A stretch of DNA of 64,000 nucleotides. Origin: Octopus sinensis (taxonomy: Eukaryota). Numbering within the stretch: the first letter of the stretch is position 1; each line of letters begins with the position of its first letter. The stretch covers positions 80,662,001 to 80,726,000 of the forward strand of contig NC_043004.1 of NCBI RefSeq assembly GCF_006345805.1, written 5' to 3'. Shown here in pieces: positions 62,761 through 64,000 of the stretch. A program made the translations under genes and the position numbers. The notes beneath the pieces were generated by a model, which ran no database searches, was not told the DNA's origin, and saw nothing but the letters and a program-made list of their open reading frames with translations.

Positions 62761-63779
62761 AAAGAACACTTAGGTGTACAACATGAGATAAATTTCTCTG
62801 AAATAAATAACAGGGCCCATGGTGAAGTTAGACACATTTGGTCATGGTAAAGATATGTGGTTGTGGTTGTTGTTTAGGCCAAGGCCAGTCTTCAATTACC
62901 TTTGTATTTAAAGACATTCCACCCAGGACCTTGCCATTTATTAGGAAGCAATAAGACAGTGTTATCAAATGTGTCCATTTCACCCCACCCCCACAAAGAC
63001 AGCTGGTTGGAAAATTTGATGGAAGTTTGGTTATTATTATTTGATCATGTTCTTTTGGTGGTGGTCATGGAAGAGATGGCTTGGAGGGTGATCAGCATAT
63101 AGTTAGTATCACATAGATACATCACCATCATTTTGCCGTCATTGCCGCCACCATTAGTATCATAGCTGTCGCCATTACCGTCATCATTGTCAACACCACT
63201 ACCGTCATTATCGTCAATCAACATCACCACCACCACCATACCATTTCACAAACATCAACACTATCATCATCACCGCCATTTTCATCATCATCACCATTAC
63301 CACCAACCATCAACAACAGCATCATCATCATCATCAACACAACCATCACCATCATCGTCATCACCATTGTGGGGTTTAGCATCAACAGAATTGATTTTCT
63401 TACCGTTTTCTATTCTATGAAGTTGTTTACCAAGAGAAATAGCTTCTTCTCTGTGCGTGTGTAGTTGTGCGCCTGTGAGTACGTGTGTGTGTGTGTGTGT
63501 AGGCGTGCGTGTGTGTGAGAGGGGGGTAGCTGAGGGGGGAAGGGTTACAACCTCTCACCTTCATTACACAACATGCAGGTTTAACTTGTGACATTTTTAT
63601 ATCTTTATATGGAAATATATACGTGTATTTTTCATTTCTTTTCCTAGTCTGTGTGTGTGTGTGTGTTTGTCTAATTTTTTTATATTATCTGTGTGTGTGT
63701 GTGTATATGCAAATACCTGCATTTATACTTCATGTATGTGTGTGTATATGTATATATATATATACATACACACACACAC

Positions 63780-63842
<63 letters not shown>

Positions 63843-64000
63843 TATGTCTGTACATGTATATGTATACACACACATACACGCATATATATACAGAGAGAGA
63901 TTTATGTAGCTAAGTTTATGTCTGATCAGAGAGTTACCAATGGTTTTGCTTCCACATAGGACTTAGCTCCAAGGACAGCTCATCAGATTTTAAAGCTGAA

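Noticed and set aside
63930-63995. Minus-strand CTGATGAgct...agcAAAAC hammerhead-like pattern at the window end
   Set aside because: G12 is absent, stem II is only 3 bp with a long loop, and stem I does not pair.

Overview
AT-rich eukaryotic DNA dominated by microsatellites and interspersed repeats. The repeat landscape looks like an octopus/coleoid cephalopod genome, but that is inference from recalled repeat families and was not checked. Only one host coding segment is well supported: a 263-nt plus-strand exon (16798-17060) of a GPC3/GPC5/Dally-type glypican, so most of the window is probably intron of that gene. The rest includes: several modular tRNA-derived SINE families; a 5'-truncated, frameshifted RTE-clade LINE (31109-33192) with a PHD finger inside its reverse transcriptase, plus many copies of its 3' tail; two R4/Dong-like RLE-LINE remnants; piggyBac-type MITEs; a non-autonomous Helitron; a Helentron-type (HINE) element; and a ~1-kb foldback element. 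The most unusual signal is six minimal type-I hammerhead ribozyme motifs of the Penelope-associated kind. Four lie in short elements, three of which are flanked by (TA)n, and two lie inside a tRNA-headed SINE. Almost all entries in the supplied ORF track are microsatellite or SINE artefacts. No rRNA, bona fide tRNA or CRISPR array is supported. Repeat boundaries were read by eye and are approximate unless terminal motifs are quoted.
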